64,000 nucleotides of DNA from Verrucomicrobiia bacterium (GTDB lineage: Bacteria; Verrucomicrobiota; Verrucomicrobiia; JABWAM01). Where the stretch lies: NCBI GenBank assembly GCA_028687435.1, contig JAQUAF010000004.1, positions 66,344-130,343 of the forward strand, given 5' to 3'. The notes beneath the pieces are model-generated. The model saw only the letters and a list, made by a program, of their open reading frames with translations, was not told where the DNA came from and ran no database searches. Of this stretch, positions 9,165-18,492 are shown piece after piece (within the stretch, counting starts at the first letter, position 1; every line of letters begins with the position of its first letter). The position numbers and the translations under genes are program-made.

Positions 9165-10466
9165 ATGTTGCACATAACAGACATCATTTGTTCGGCCGGC
9201 AAAACCGGGTTTTATTTCGACGATCAAAAGGCCATCAAAACCGGCGTCCCCCACGACGGTTTCTTTTGTGGAGGCAAACCGCTCACGTCCGGTTTTCATT
9301 CCGTCCGGCAGGCGGGAGAAAGCATTTCAGTGATGCTTTTGCTGGAAGACGGGCAGGTGGCTTATGGCGATTGCGCGGCAGTCCAGTATTCCGGCGCCGG
9401 CGGACGCGATCCGGTCTTCCTGGCCAATGAATTCATCCCCTTGATCCTGAAAAAAGCGGCGCCTTTGCTGAAAAACCGGCCATTGAAGGAATTCCGTCCC
9501 CTGGCGGCGGAAGCGGACTCCTTGGAAAACAAAGGGCGGCAAATTCACACGGCCATCCGCTATGGTCTCACACAGGCCATTCTCGACGCTGTTGCCAAAG
9601 CCACCCGCCGGCTACCTTGCGAGGTGATCGCCGATGAATATGGCACGTCTTTGGCCAATAAACCGATCCGGATTTTTACCCAGTCGGGAGATGACCGGTA
9701 TGTCAATGCGGACAAGATGATCATCAAGCAGGCCGATGTCCTGCCGCATGGCCTGATCAACCATGTTCCTGACAAACTCGGCCGCAAAGGGGAAAAACTG
9801 CCGGCCTATGTGAAATGGCTCCGAAAACGCATCCTGGCCAAACGGGCGGACGCGCGATATCAACCCGATTTACATTTGGATGTTTACGGAACCATCGGCC
9901 AGCTTTGCGGAAACGACACGGAGAAAATGGGCCGTTATCTGGCCCGCCTGGGAAAAGCCGCGTTTCCTCTAAAACTTCGGATCGAGGGGCCCATGGACAT
10001 GGGGGAACAAATCGCCCAGTGCGAAGCGCTGGCCGCCCTGCGAAAATTTTTGCGCCAGAACAAAATCCACGTGGGAATTGTGGCCGACGAATGGTGCAAC
10101 ACGCTCGAAGACACACGCCTGTTTGCCGATCGAAAAGCGGGGGACATGATCCAGATCAAAACTCCGGACCTTGGAGGGATTCAGAACAGCATCGAGGCGG
10201 TTCTCTACTGCAAACAAAAGGGTGTGGGGGCTTATCTGGGAGGAACATGCAACGAAACCGACCGCTCCGCGCAAATGTGCGTTCACATTGCGCTGGCCAC
10301 CCAGCCGGACCAGATGTTGTCCAAACCCGGCATGGGGGTGGATGAAGGTTACATGATTGTTTACAATGAAATGCGCCGGACCCTGGCCCTGCTGGCCGCA
10401 AAAAAACGCAAATTTAAGTCCCGGCTGAACCGGGCCTGTCCGACGCTGGAAAAAAAACCTGTCTGA
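9165..10466 (+). CDS. mal: 3-Methylaspartate ammonia-lyase (beta-methylaspartase)
   Basis: MLHITDIICSAGKTGFYFDDQKAIK...ESISVMLLLEDGQVAYGDCAAVQYSGAGGRDP...KTPDLGG...GGTCNETDRSA is near-collinear with C. tetanomorphum MAL. The in-frame ATG at 9165 is the true start; 9027-9164 is repeat sequence. Confidence 0.9.
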   Translation: MLHITDIICSAGKTGFYFDDQKAIKTGVPHDGFFCGGKPLTSGFHSVRQAGESISVMLLLEDGQVAYGDCAAVQYSGAGGRDPVFLANEFIPLILKKAAPLLKNRPLKEFRPLAAEADSLENKGRQIHTAIRYGLTQAILDAVAKATRRLPCEVIADEYGTSLANKPIRIFTQSGDDRYVNADKMIIKQADVLPHGLINHVPDKLGRKGEKLPAYVKWLRKRILAKRADARYQPDLHLDVYGTIGQLCGNDTEKMGRYLARLGKAAFPLKLRIEGPMDMGEQIAQCEALAALRKFLRQNKIHVGIVADEWCNTLEDTRLFADRKAGDMIQIKTPDLGGIQNSIEAVLYCKQKGVGAYLGGTCNETDRSAQMCVHIALATQPDQMLSKPGMGVDEGYMIVYNEMRRTLALLAAKKRKFKSRLNRACPTLEKKPV

Positions 10467-10488
10467 AAACCATCCACATCTCATTTTC

Positions 10489-11865
10489 ATGAAAACATCG
10501 AACTCCCCAAAAATGGATGAAATCCGGATTCTCTCTCCCACAGCCATTCTTGGCTACGGTTTCCCCAGGGAATCTTTTCTGCGGGGCATGAAGGCATCGC
10601 CCCACGTGATCGCCGTGGACGCCGGCAGTTCCGACCCGGGACCGTTCTACCTTGGACATGGCAAATCATTCGTGGACCGGAATGCCGTCAAACGGGACTT
10701 GGAAATCATGATCACCCAGGGGAAAAAACACGGCATCCCCGTGATCATCGGCACGGCGGGGGGAAGCGGCGCCAAAGTCCATGTGGACTGGTGCATGGAA
10801 ATCATCCGGGAGATTGTCCGCGCCCACCGGCTGCGGCTGCGAACAGCCCTGGTTTATTCCGATGTCGAAAAGAAAACAGTCATCCAAAACCTGCAAAAGA
10901 AAAAAATCCGCCCCCTTCCCTTTGCGCCATCCCTGACGCCCAAGATCGTCCGAAACACCACTCGCGTGGTGGCCCAAATCGGAGTCGATCCCTTGATCAA
11001 GGCGCTGTCCAAACCGGTCGATCTGGTGGTGGCGGGCCGCTGCTACGATCCGGCGGTCTTTGCGGCCTTGCCGGTGAAGGAAGGATTCGATCTGGGACTG
11101 GCGCTGCATTTGGGAAAAATCCTCGAGTGCGCCGCCATCGCCGCCTCCCCAGGAAGCGGACGGGATTGCGTGCTGGGCATCCTGAAAAAAAATTCGTTCA
11201 TCCTGCAAACCCTCAGCCCCAACCGCCGTTTCACGGTGAATTCAGTGGCGGCGCATACCCTGTACGAAAAATCCCACCCCTTTATTTTGCCGGGACCTGG
11301 CGGACATCTGGATCTTTCCCAATGCCGTTTCCGGCAAAAAACTCCGAACTCCGTGGAGGTTTCCGGAAGCCAATTCGTGCCGGACACCCCTTGCACCGTC
11401 AAGATCGAGGGCGCGGTTTGCGTGGGATACCGGACGATATCCATCTGTGGCATTCGCGACCGCATCATGATCCGGCAGTTGGACGACATTTTTGCGGCGG
11501 TGCGGGAGGCGGTGAAAAACAATTTCGGCGTCCGGGACTACCGGTTGAATTTCCGGGTTTACGGACGGGACGGAGTCATGGGGCCGCTGGAACCGGCGCC
11601 TCAAGAAATCGGGCATGAAGCGGGAGTGATCATCGATGTGGTGGCGGCCACGCAGGAGGAAGCCAACACCATTTGCGGTTTCACCCGCAGCACGGCCCTC
11701 CACTATGGCTATCCGGGCCGGATTGCCACGGCAGGCAACCTGGCCTTTCCATTCAGCCCCTCCGACACCCCCATGGGCGCCGTGTATGAATTCAGCATCT
11801 ACCATTTGATGGACATTGCCGGCCCCTCAAACCTGTTTCCGGTAAAATCAATGATTTTGAATTAA
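10489..11865 (+). CDS. AtuA-like (DUF1446) family protein, function unknown
   Basis: 458 aa. Architecture and motifs (IPVIIGTAGGSG; VVAGRCYDPAVFAALP; ILECAAIAASPGSG) resemble the acyclic-terpene-utilisation AtuA family. Followed by a DUF4387 gene, as is typical for AtuA-like genes. Confidence 0.5.
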   Translation: MKTSNSPKMDEIRILSPTAILGYGFPRESFLRGMKASPHVIAVDAGSSDPGPFYLGHGKSFVDRNAVKRDLEIMITQGKKHGIPVIIGTAGGSGAKVHVDWCMEIIREIVRAHRLRLRTALVYSDVEKKTVIQNLQKKKIRPLPFAPSLTPKIVRNTTRVVAQIGVDPLIKALSKPVDLVVAGRCYDPAVFAALPVKEGFDLGLALHLGKILECAAIAASPGSGRDCVLGILKKNSFILQTLSPNRRFTVNSVAAHTLYEKSHPFILPGPGGHLDLSQCRFRQKTPNSVEVSGSQFVPDTPCTVKIEGAVCVGYRTISICGIRDRIMIRQLDDIFAAVREAVKNNFGVRDYRLNFRVYGRDGVMGPLEPAPQEIGHEAGVIIDVVAATQEEANTICGFTRSTALHYGYPGRIATAGNLAFPFSPSDTPMGAVYEFSIYHLMDIAGPSNLFPVKSMILN

Positions 11866-12020
11866 GCCGGGCCGGAGCGCGGCAGCTTGACACCCGATGC
11901 TCGATGCTCGACGCAGAAACGATCACTCAAAGGCGGGATACGACCGCCCGGAGCCGTTCCGCCTTCGTCTCTCATCGGACTACGGCGGGACAGGCCGGGA
12001 GGTTCACCACGTTTCACGTG
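11866..12020. repeat. Long composite repeat module (shared with 62077..62240)
   Basis: AATTAAGCCGGGCC..; ACGATCACTCAAAGGCGGGATACGACCGCCCGGAGCCGTTCCGCCTTCGTCTCTCATCGGACTACGGCGGGACAGGCCGGGAGG recurs at about 95% identity at 62160-62240. Confidence 0.75.
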
Positions 12021-12104
12021 GCCGGCCCTCCATCTTTTTACGCCAAATGGAGGGCGGGGCTCCCGCACCGCCTTTTTCGCCAAACTTTGAAATTCCTTAA
12101 CATT
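12021..12104. repeat. Family-A repeat (left arm partial) plus tail
   Basis: GGCCGGCCCTCC..AAATGGAGGGCGGGGCTCCCGCACCGCCTTTTTCGCCAAACTTTGAAATTCCTTAACAT. Confidence 0.8.
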
Positions 12105-12127
12105 AAATTAACCCCTGATAAAAAAAC

Positions 12128-12448
12128 ATGAAAAAAACCCGATTGATGGATCTGGCCCATATCATCCGGAGCAAAAATTCCGGCCCTTACGAACTGACCC
12201 TGGATGTCTTTTTCAAAACGGAGAAGATTTACCAAACAGTCAAAAAAAGGAACCTGATCAACAAGACGCTGATCAAGCGGCTTTACCGGGTGGAGGAAAA
12301 TCGCATCCTAGACATCATCTATTTCGATCCCGTGAGGGCGGTCAAGGCCACCATCGCCCGCCCCATCCCCTCGGGAGCGGTGGAGGACACGGATGTTTAC
12401 GGGGCGCAACAACACATGCCGCTGGTGGACGCCATCATCAATTTTTGA
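12128..12448 (+). CDS. DUF4387-like small protein
   Basis: 106 aa. IRSKNSGPYELTLDVFF...VYGAQQHMPLVD matches the DUF4387 pattern that normally accompanies AtuA-like genes. Confidence 0.55.
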   Translation: MKKTRLMDLAHIIRSKNSGPYELTLDVFFKTEKIYQTVKKRNLINKTLIKRLYRVEENRILDIIYFDPVRAVKATIARPIPSGAVEDTDVYGAQQHMPLVDAIINF

Positions 12449-12564
12449 AGCAGGTTTTCAGGCATTTAGACTGTCAGGCCCGGACAATTTGTTGTCGTGA
12501 AATTTTGAATTAGCGCCTGACAACCTGATAGTCTAACAGCCTAACAGTCTAAACACCTAATTTT

Positions 12565-13533
12565 ATGACAAAAGATGTCAGACATGACAATTTGCGATTT
12601 GCCGCCTACTACGCGCCCAGGGGACGCGACCGTCTGCAATGGCTGGGCGAAAGCATCGCCCAACGCTATCTCTCGGCCCGCGACCAGTTGATCGGGATCA
12701 TGGGCGAAAGCGGCACAGGCAAATCCTCCATCATTCGCGGCATGTTTCCGGGACTTGAGTTGACCAATGACGACGAGGGGGTGAATGTCCGCCCCCTTCC
12801 CCTGATCCGCATGCACCGGGAGGAACATTTCACGGCGCATACCCTGCATATTGATATTCGGTTTGAGATGGCGTTTACACAGCCGGGTGAAATGGCCGAA
12901 GCCATCCGCGCGGCGCTCAAGCAGGGCAAACGGGTGGTGGTGGAACATTTCGAGGAAATCCATCCCCTGTTGAAAATCAACGCCCAGTTTCTCATGGGAG
13001 CCGGGGAGGATATCCTTGTTGTGCGCCCCAATCTTTTCGGCCCCTTTCCGGAAGACATCGGCAAAGTGATCAACCACACGGCCATTTTCCGCAAAATGGC
13101 CCATTCGGCGGAAGACATCGTCACCATGATTTTGGAAAAGGAATACGGCATTTCAAAACCCGAAAGACATGGCGATGTGCCGCGGGGATTTGTCCTGCAG
13201 TTCGCCAAGAAACCCTCATGCCTGGACCTTGGCCGCCTTGAGGAACGGGTCAAAGCCATCATTCAACAAGGGGTGGACATCAGTTATCTGGATGAGGGAC
13301 ACATCATGATCGGCAAGGAAGCCTACGCCTGCACCGGTCCCCGGATCCATGTCCGCAATTCCTCGGAAATCCGCAATTTCCGTCTGATGAAGGAACTGGC
13401 CTACGATGAAATGACCGACAGCCATTGCCTGGTTGGGCTGGTGGCCGAACCCCGCGCCCTCCACTTCATCGACCGCCACCCCGACATCGTGCCGGCCAGC
13501 GTGAAAGACCTCGTGGCCAACAGCACGTATTGA
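12565..13533 (+). CDS. P-loop protein, HPr-kinase C-terminal-domain-like (hypothetical kinase)
   Basis: 322 aa. Walker A GESGTGKSS followed by a TNDDEG segment, analogous to HprK GxSGxGKSE...ADD. Confidence 0.45.
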   Translation: MTKDVRHDNLRFAAYYAPRGRDRLQWLGESIAQRYLSARDQLIGIMGESGTGKSSIIRGMFPGLELTNDDEGVNVRPLPLIRMHREEHFTAHTLHIDIRFEMAFTQPGEMAEAIRAALKQGKRVVVEHFEEIHPLLKINAQFLMGAGEDILVVRPNLFGPFPEDIGKVINHTAIFRKMAHSAEDIVTMILEKEYGISKPERHGDVPRGFVLQFAKKPSCLDLGRLEERVKAIIQQGVDISYLDEGHIMIGKEAYACTGPRIHVRNSSEIRNFRLMKELAYDEMTDSHCLVGLVAEPRALHFIDRHPDIVPASVKDLVANSTY

Positions 13534-13544
13534 TCCGCAAAAAA

Positions 13545-13823
13545 TCACGGCATCCCATCATTTTCAGAGATCATTCCCGCGACCGTAACATCGGATTTTA
13601 AAATTTCCCCCTCCGGCGCATGCTTCCACGTCGTCAAGCCCATGCAAAGTTTCATGGCATCCGCGCGGGAATAAATGATTTCCGCTGCGGTCTGGCCGGT
13701 AATGGCCCAGTGCAATTTGTTTTGCGCCGTGGCAAAAAACTCCTTTGTCAAAGGCGCGTTGGGATCATAATCCACCGCCAGCGCATAAAGGTCCGTGATC
13801 TTTTGGTGGAACCGGCGCAACAA
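13545..13823 (-). pseudogene. RhuM-family (virulence/Fic-associated) protein, internal fragment
   Basis: 92 aa. LYALAVDYDPNAPLTKEFFATAQNKLHWAITGQTAAEIIYSRADAMKLCMGLTTWKHAPEGEILKSDVTVA matches only the central part of about 330-aa RhuM proteins. Both the N and C portions are missing. Confidence 0.5.
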
Positions 13824-13912
13824 ACATCGTATCCCCCGCCATATTTTTTTTCGCCTTATTCCCTCGAAATAAGAAGCTTTTCTTTTGGCGGTTTTGTCTG
13901 CAAGTTTCCGCC

Positions 13913-15769
13913 GTGAACCGGATCCGCATTCTGCCTGACACTGTGGCCAACCAAATCGCCGCCGGCGAGGTGGTGGAACGTCCCGCCTCAGCAGTGAAGG
14001 AACTCGTGGAGAATTCCGTCGACGGGCAGGCCTCCCAGATCCGCGTGGAAATCAAGGGCGGAGGCAAAAGCCTGATCCGTGTGACGGACAACGGCCACGG
14101 CATGAGCCGCGACGACGCCCTTCTCTGCATCGAGCGCCATGCCACCAGCAAAATCCACGATTCCGCCGACATCACGTCCATCTCCACGCTCGGCTTCCGG
14201 GGCGAAGCCATTCCCAGCATCGCTTCTGTCTCGCGTTTTCGTCTGCTCTCCCGCGAATCAAACGCCCCCGTGGGAGTGGAACTCGACATCCACGGCGGCA
14301 AATTGATCTCCGTCAAGGAAGCCGGCTGCGCCGCCGGCACGCAGGTGGAAATCCGAAACCTCTTCTACAATCTTCCCGCCCGGCGGAAATTCCTCCGCTC
14401 CGACGCCACGGAACTGGGACACGTTCATCATGTCTTCCTCCTCCACACCCTGGCCCGTCCGGCCATCGGCTGGACCCTGATCCAAGAGGAACGGGTCATC
14501 CACGACCTGCCGGCCATGCCGGAGGCCTCCGCTCCCGAAAAACATCCCGACGCCCTCCGCCGCCGGATCCGTTCGCTTTACGGAAATCAACTCGTCGAAC
14601 AACTCGTGCCCGTGGATTTCCAGCGCGATGGCGTCCGTCTGCATGGACTGATCGGCAAGGCCGGCCTGAGCCGTTCCAATCGCAGCGAGATGTACAGCTT
14701 CGTCAACGGGCGTCCCGTGGACAGCCGGGCCATTTACTATGGTCTCATCGAGGGATATCACACCGCCCTCATGCGCGGGCGTTATCCGGTCTGCTTTCTC
14801 TTTCTGGAAATCGACGCCGCCCGGGTGGACGTGAACATTCATCCGGCCAAGCGCGAGGTGCGTTTCCGGGAGGATGCGCTGGTGCAGGGGGTGGTCATCG
14901 AAGCCGCCCGCCAGGCGCTGGCAACCAAATCCTCCGACCGGCTGGTGGAACTCCCATCCGCATCCCCTCTCCCAACGCCGGATGCCTCATCCTCGCGCAA
15001 ACCCGCGGCGGCATCCCCTTCTCCAGCTTATTCCCAACCCTTTCTCGCTCCGGGAAATCAACCTTCCCCTGCCGCCGCCACCCCATCCTCCCCCGCGCCA
15101 TTCTCCCATCCGGACTCCGCCAGGCCAAGTCCCCCGGCGGCGCCAGTCTCCCAACCCTTGGGATCTGAAAAACCCGCCGGCATCCAGGTCTTGGGCGTGC
15201 TCGACAATCTTTACATCATCGCCATCGACACGGAGGGTCTCGTCATCGTGGACCAGCATGCCGCGCACGAACGGGTGCTTTTCGAACAGGTCATGAAACG
15301 CATGTCCCAAGGCGCCCCCCTGTCCCAACGGCTGCTGCTTCCCCAGACCGTGGAGCTTTCGCCGCGGGACGCCTCGGCCATCCGGCAGCAACTGGCCGTG
15401 CTGGAAAAGATCGGCATTGGCATCGCGGATTTTGGCGACCGAAGCTTCATCATCGACGCCCTCCCCCCATGGATGACCTCCCGCAACATCCAGGAACTCA
15501 TCCGCGACGTGATCGACGAAGTGGAGCGGGCCGGACACGGCATCAGCCGTGAACGGTTTGCCGAAGAGCTGATTGCCCGCACCGTCTGCCGCCACGCCGT
15601 CAAAGCCAGCGACACGCTCAAGACGGACGAACTCCAGCATATCCTGGACGAGCTTCAAACCTGCGAAAATCCGCACACCTGCCCCCACGGACGCCCCACC
15701 CTGTTGCGCTTCACTCCCGCCGAACTCGAAAAACGCTTCGGCCGCCGTGAGATGGGGAAAGAACTGTAG
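13913..15769 (+). CDS. mutL: DNA mismatch repair protein MutL
   Basis: 618 aa, GTG start. ANQIAAGEVVERPASAVKELVENSVDGQASQIRVEIKGGG (GHKL ATPase), a Pro-rich linker and a C-terminal dimerisation/endonuclease region. Confidence 0.9.
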   Translation: MNRIRILPDTVANQIAAGEVVERPASAVKELVENSVDGQASQIRVEIKGGGKSLIRVTDNGHGMSRDDALLCIERHATSKIHDSADITSISTLGFRGEAIPSIASVSRFRLLSRESNAPVGVELDIHGGKLISVKEAGCAAGTQVEIRNLFYNLPARRKFLRSDATELGHVHHVFLLHTLARPAIGWTLIQEERVIHDLPAMPEASAPEKHPDALRRRIRSLYGNQLVEQLVPVDFQRDGVRLHGLIGKAGLSRSNRSEMYSFVNGRPVDSRAIYYGLIEGYHTALMRGRYPVCFLFLEIDAARVDVNIHPAKREVRFREDALVQGVVIEAARQALATKSSDRLVELPSASPLPTPDASSSRKPAAASPSPAYSQPFLAPGNQPSPAAATPSSPAPFSHPDSARPSPPAAPVSQPLGSEKPAGIQVLGVLDNLYIIAIDTEGLVIVDQHAAHERVLFEQVMKRMSQGAPLSQRLLLPQTVELSPRDASAIRQQLAVLEKIGIGIADFGDRSFIIDALPPWMTSRNIQELIRDVIDEVERAGHGISRERFAEELIARTVCRHAVKASDTLKTDELQHILDELQTCENPHTCPHGRPTLLRFTPAELEKRFGRREMGKEL

Positions 15770-15855
15770 GGCAAGGGGTTCACGGTTTATTGGTTCAGCG
15801 GTTCAACGGTTCGGAGCGCCTCTGCCCAGTCCTACCCCCCTGGCAAACATGCGGA

Positions 15856-16413
15856 TTATTTTTTCACAATTACTTTGCCGGACATGACCGGTTCGCGTCC
15901 TGCAAGAAGGATATTTTCCCGCATCAGCGCCGCCGAGGCATGTTTGCTGTTGGGAAACCGCCGTTGGATTTCCTTCAGACATTCCATGGCGGCCGGCTGG
16001 TCATCCAGGGCATTCCAGAAAATATCCGCCATGCGCTGATAAAGAAGCGACACCGCATCTTCCCCCGTTGTTTTGCCCAAGGCGCTTTTCAATTCCGCCA
16101 CAGCCCCCAAGGGATCCTTAAGTTGCGTCAACTTGATATCCGCAATGCGAAGATAAGGGGCGGTTTCCCTTGGAAATTGTTCCGCATAAGAACGATAAAC
16201 CTCGATGGCCTTGGGATAATCCCCCCGCTTGACCTGGGCTTCGGCCAGACTATAGTCCGGCTGATAAATAAAGCTGCTGTCCGAGGGAAACCAGAAGAAA
16301 TTTCCAATGTGTTCCCCAAACCAAGTCCCAAACTTGATGGAAATATAAATGGCCAGGGGAAGTGAAAAAATCAAAGCCGCAAAAAGGAAGGTCTTGTCAA
16401 TATCCATATACAA
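15856..16413 (-). CDS. TPR-repeat membrane protein
   Basis: 185 aa. N-terminal TM helix, then TPR-like helical repeats. Last gene of the ECF sigma operon. Confidence 0.5.
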   Translation of the reverse strand: MYMDIDKTFLFAALIFSLPLAIYISIKFGTWFGEHIGNFFWFPSDSSFIYQPDYSLAEAQVKRGDYPKAIEVYRSYAEQFPRETAPYLRIADIKLTQLKDPLGAVAELKSALGKTTGEDAVSLLYQRMADIFWNALDDQPAAMECLKEIQRRFPNSKHASAALMRENILLAGREPVMSGKVIVKK

Positions 16414-16464
16414 TTGGACAAAGCCCCATCCAAAACCTCACGTTTTCGATTCGAAAAATTTTCA

Positions 16465-16692
16465 CTAAAACAACCTCCTCCACCACGGACGTTTTTTAGC
16501 CGGTTCCCGGGCCAGGCTTTCCTTGAGGCGCGACTGGATGGCGGGAGGGAGGGGCGCTTGCGAGGCATCGTATCTCAACAATTCCTCGGGCGTCTCAAAT
16601 TCCCTCACTCCCTCCTCGATTTTGTGGCGGGTTTCCCCGGTTTGCTCCTGCTGCTGATGACGTTGAAAATGCGGTTTCATGGTTTTCCTCAA
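16465..16692 (-). CDS. Small hypothetical protein co-transcribed with ECF sigma (possible anti-sigma-like partner)
   Basis: 75 aa. Its start overlaps the sigma-factor stop (ATGA). No recognisable motif. Confidence 0.3.
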   Translation of the reverse strand: MRKTMKPHFQRHQQQEQTGETRHKIEEGVREFETPEELLRYDASQAPLPPAIQSRLKESLAREPAKKRPWWRRLF

Positions 16693-17249
16693 GCGGTTTG
16701 GTTGAAAGCGGCCGCAAAAGCCTTGCGCGCGCGATACAATTTGCCTCTCACTGAATCGGCGGACTGCCCGGTGAGGGAGGCCGCTTCATCGTAACTCAAA
16801 TCCTTGTCGGCGATCAACAGAAGCAGCAGACGATAATCTTCCGGCAATGCGTCCAGCGTCCTTTGGATCCGTTCGCCCAATTCCTCGTTTTCCAATGCGC
16901 GCAAGGGATGATCGGCGCCGTCAGGAGTCTGCTCGTACAGATGTTCATTGCCGCAGGCAAAGATTTTGCGGTGATGCCAGCTTTGCAGCAGGTTTTGACA
17001 ATGGTTGACGGCAATCCGGTAAAGCCAGGTGCGGACGCCGGATTGGCCCCTGAATGAATCCAGCTTCCGAAACGCCTTCAGGAAAACATCGTGGGTGGCA
17101 TCCTCCGCCCGGGCCTGATTTCCCAGCATGCGCAGGGCCAGATAATAAATGGGGTGCGCGTGCTCCGCGTAAATCGTCTCAAAACGGGAGGCTTCAGCAG
17201 CCGCAGTCTTCTCCATCTTCGCAAACCCAAGGGTCATAGAGGATTCCAC
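16689..17249 (-). CDS. ECF (sigma-70 family, group 4) RNA polymerase sigma factor
   Basis: 186 aa. Region 2 (DATHDVFLKAFRKLDSFRGQSGVRTWLYRIAVNHC) and region 4 (LPEDYRLLLLLIADKDLSYDEAASLTGQSADSVRGKLYRARKAF). Confidence 0.85.
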   Translation of the reverse strand: MESSMTLGFAKMEKTAAAEASRFETIYAEHAHPIYYLALRMLGNQARAEDATHDVFLKAFRKLDSFRGQSGVRTWLYRIAVNHCQNLLQSWHHRKIFACGNEHLYEQTPDGADHPLRALENEELGERIQRTLDALPEDYRLLLLLIADKDLSYDEAASLTGQSADSVRGKLYRARKAFAAAFNQTA

Positions 17250-17336
17250 ATCCGTTTAGACAGGACTGACAGCCGATTGTCACGTGTGGAAAAAGGAAAG
17301 AAATTCAAATTTAACACTGAAAACAAGAATAAAAAC

Positions 17337-17372
17337 TTGACAAAAAATTCATTCCTCTGTTTTAATATCAAA
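17337..17372 (+). promoter_or_regulatory. Putative sigma-70 promoter in the AT-rich divergent region upstream of nrdR
   Basis: TTGACA -35 element, then about 17-18 nt, then TTTAAT/TAATAT -10-like elements. Located about 70 nt upstream of the nrdR ATG. Confidence 0.3.
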
Positions 17373-17436
17373 AAAACACTATTAGATGTGGTCTTGCTAT
17401 TGACCAAACACCATAAGTTGATCTATTAGTCTTTCG

Positions 17437-17895
17437 ATGGTTTGTCCCAAGTGCCAATCCCTGCGCGACCAAGTCATTGATTCCCGCCTCATCGAGGAAG
17501 GAAAAGTCATCCGTCGCCGCCGGGAATGCCTTGGCTGCCATCACCGGTTTACAACCTACGAAGAACTCCATCCTCAAAAACTGCGGGTTAGCAAAAAGGA
17601 TGGCCGCGTTGAGGACTTTGATCCTTCCCTCATCCACGCCGCCCTTGAGAAGGCATGCGAAAAGCGTCCGGTAAGCCATGAACAACTTGACCGGCTGGTC
17701 AAGGAAATCTCCCGAAGTCTCCACGAACTCGACGAACGCGAGGTGACATCCAGGCAAATCGGGGAAACCATCATGAACAAACTGCGGGAAGAGGATGAAG
17801 TGGCCTACGTGCGCTACGCTTCGGTGTACCGGCAGTTCAATGTCGCAACGGATTTTGTGCGCGAAGTGCAAAACCTCCACCCCGTCGCATCATGA
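17437..17895 (+). CDS. nrdR: Transcriptional repressor NrdR
   Basis: MVCPKCQSLRDQVIDSRLIEEGKVIRRRRECLGCHHRFTTYE zinc ribbon plus ATP-cone. Confidence 0.9.
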   Translation: MVCPKCQSLRDQVIDSRLIEEGKVIRRRRECLGCHHRFTTYEELHPQKLRVSKKDGRVEDFDPSLIHAALEKACEKRPVSHEQLDRLVKEISRSLHELDEREVTSRQIGETIMNKLREEDEVAYVRYASVYRQFNVATDFVREVQNLHPVAS

Positions 17896-18449
17896 CGCCT
17901 CTTTACCATCCCACCTTCGTCATCTATTTCGAGGACGGCCACACCGAATCCCACGATGTCCGGGAACTGGTCGTGCGCCTGACCAAGGATCCCGAGTTGG
18001 AGGGTCTGACCGGCGATCCCCGGCTGGTTGAAATGGTGGTTGACTGCCTGGTCAGTTTTTATCGTCAAACCCCCGAAACCGAGCCGGTCACCCTTGCGAA
18101 TTTCATCGAAAAGGCCCGCGAATTGCTGGTTGGTTTTGCCGAGGAAAAAGGCTTTGCCCCGCAACTCCGTTCCCTGCAATTGGATCTGCTCGAAACCGCC
18201 CGCCGTCCGGGATGCGGATTCGAACTCGAATTCTTCACCGAGCTTCGCGGTTTTCTGCAACAGCATCTGCGCTCCCGAACCTCGCCCCCCCACATGCGCA
18301 TCACCGGTCTGCGTCATTGCGTCAAATATCTGTTGGGCAGACGCCACTGGAGCCGGCGTTGCGGCTCTCTTCAGGACGAAATCGTGTCCGTCATCCGCAC
18401 CGAGGTGGCTCGAAGCGGACTGGCGGATTGCCGCCTCGCCATTTTTTGA
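17892..18449 (+). CDS. Hypothetical protein (start overlaps the nrdR stop)
   Basis: 185 aa. ATGA overlap with nrdR. No recognised domain. Confidence 0.45.
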   Translation: MTPLYHPTFVIYFEDGHTESHDVRELVVRLTKDPELEGLTGDPRLVEMVVDCLVSFYRQTPETEPVTLANFIEKARELLVGFAEEKGFAPQLRSLQLDLLETARRPGCGFELEFFTELRGFLQQHLRSRTSPPHMRITGLRHCVKYLLGRRHWSRRCGSLQDEIVSVIRTEVARSGLADCRLAIF

Positions 18450-18492
18450 TGGCATTTTTCCCGTACTCACAGGAATGATGAGAGGATCGGAA

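Noticed and set aside
11866-11892. Classic rho-independent terminators at the stop-proximal GC hairpins (11866, 20468, 40245, 62085)
   Set aside because: The hairpins are GC-rich and immediately follow stop codons, but they lack a downstream U-tract and are followed by conserved repeat sequence (AACTTGA / AACTGCTCGATCC). They are therefore annotated as part of the repeat family, and any terminator function is only possible.
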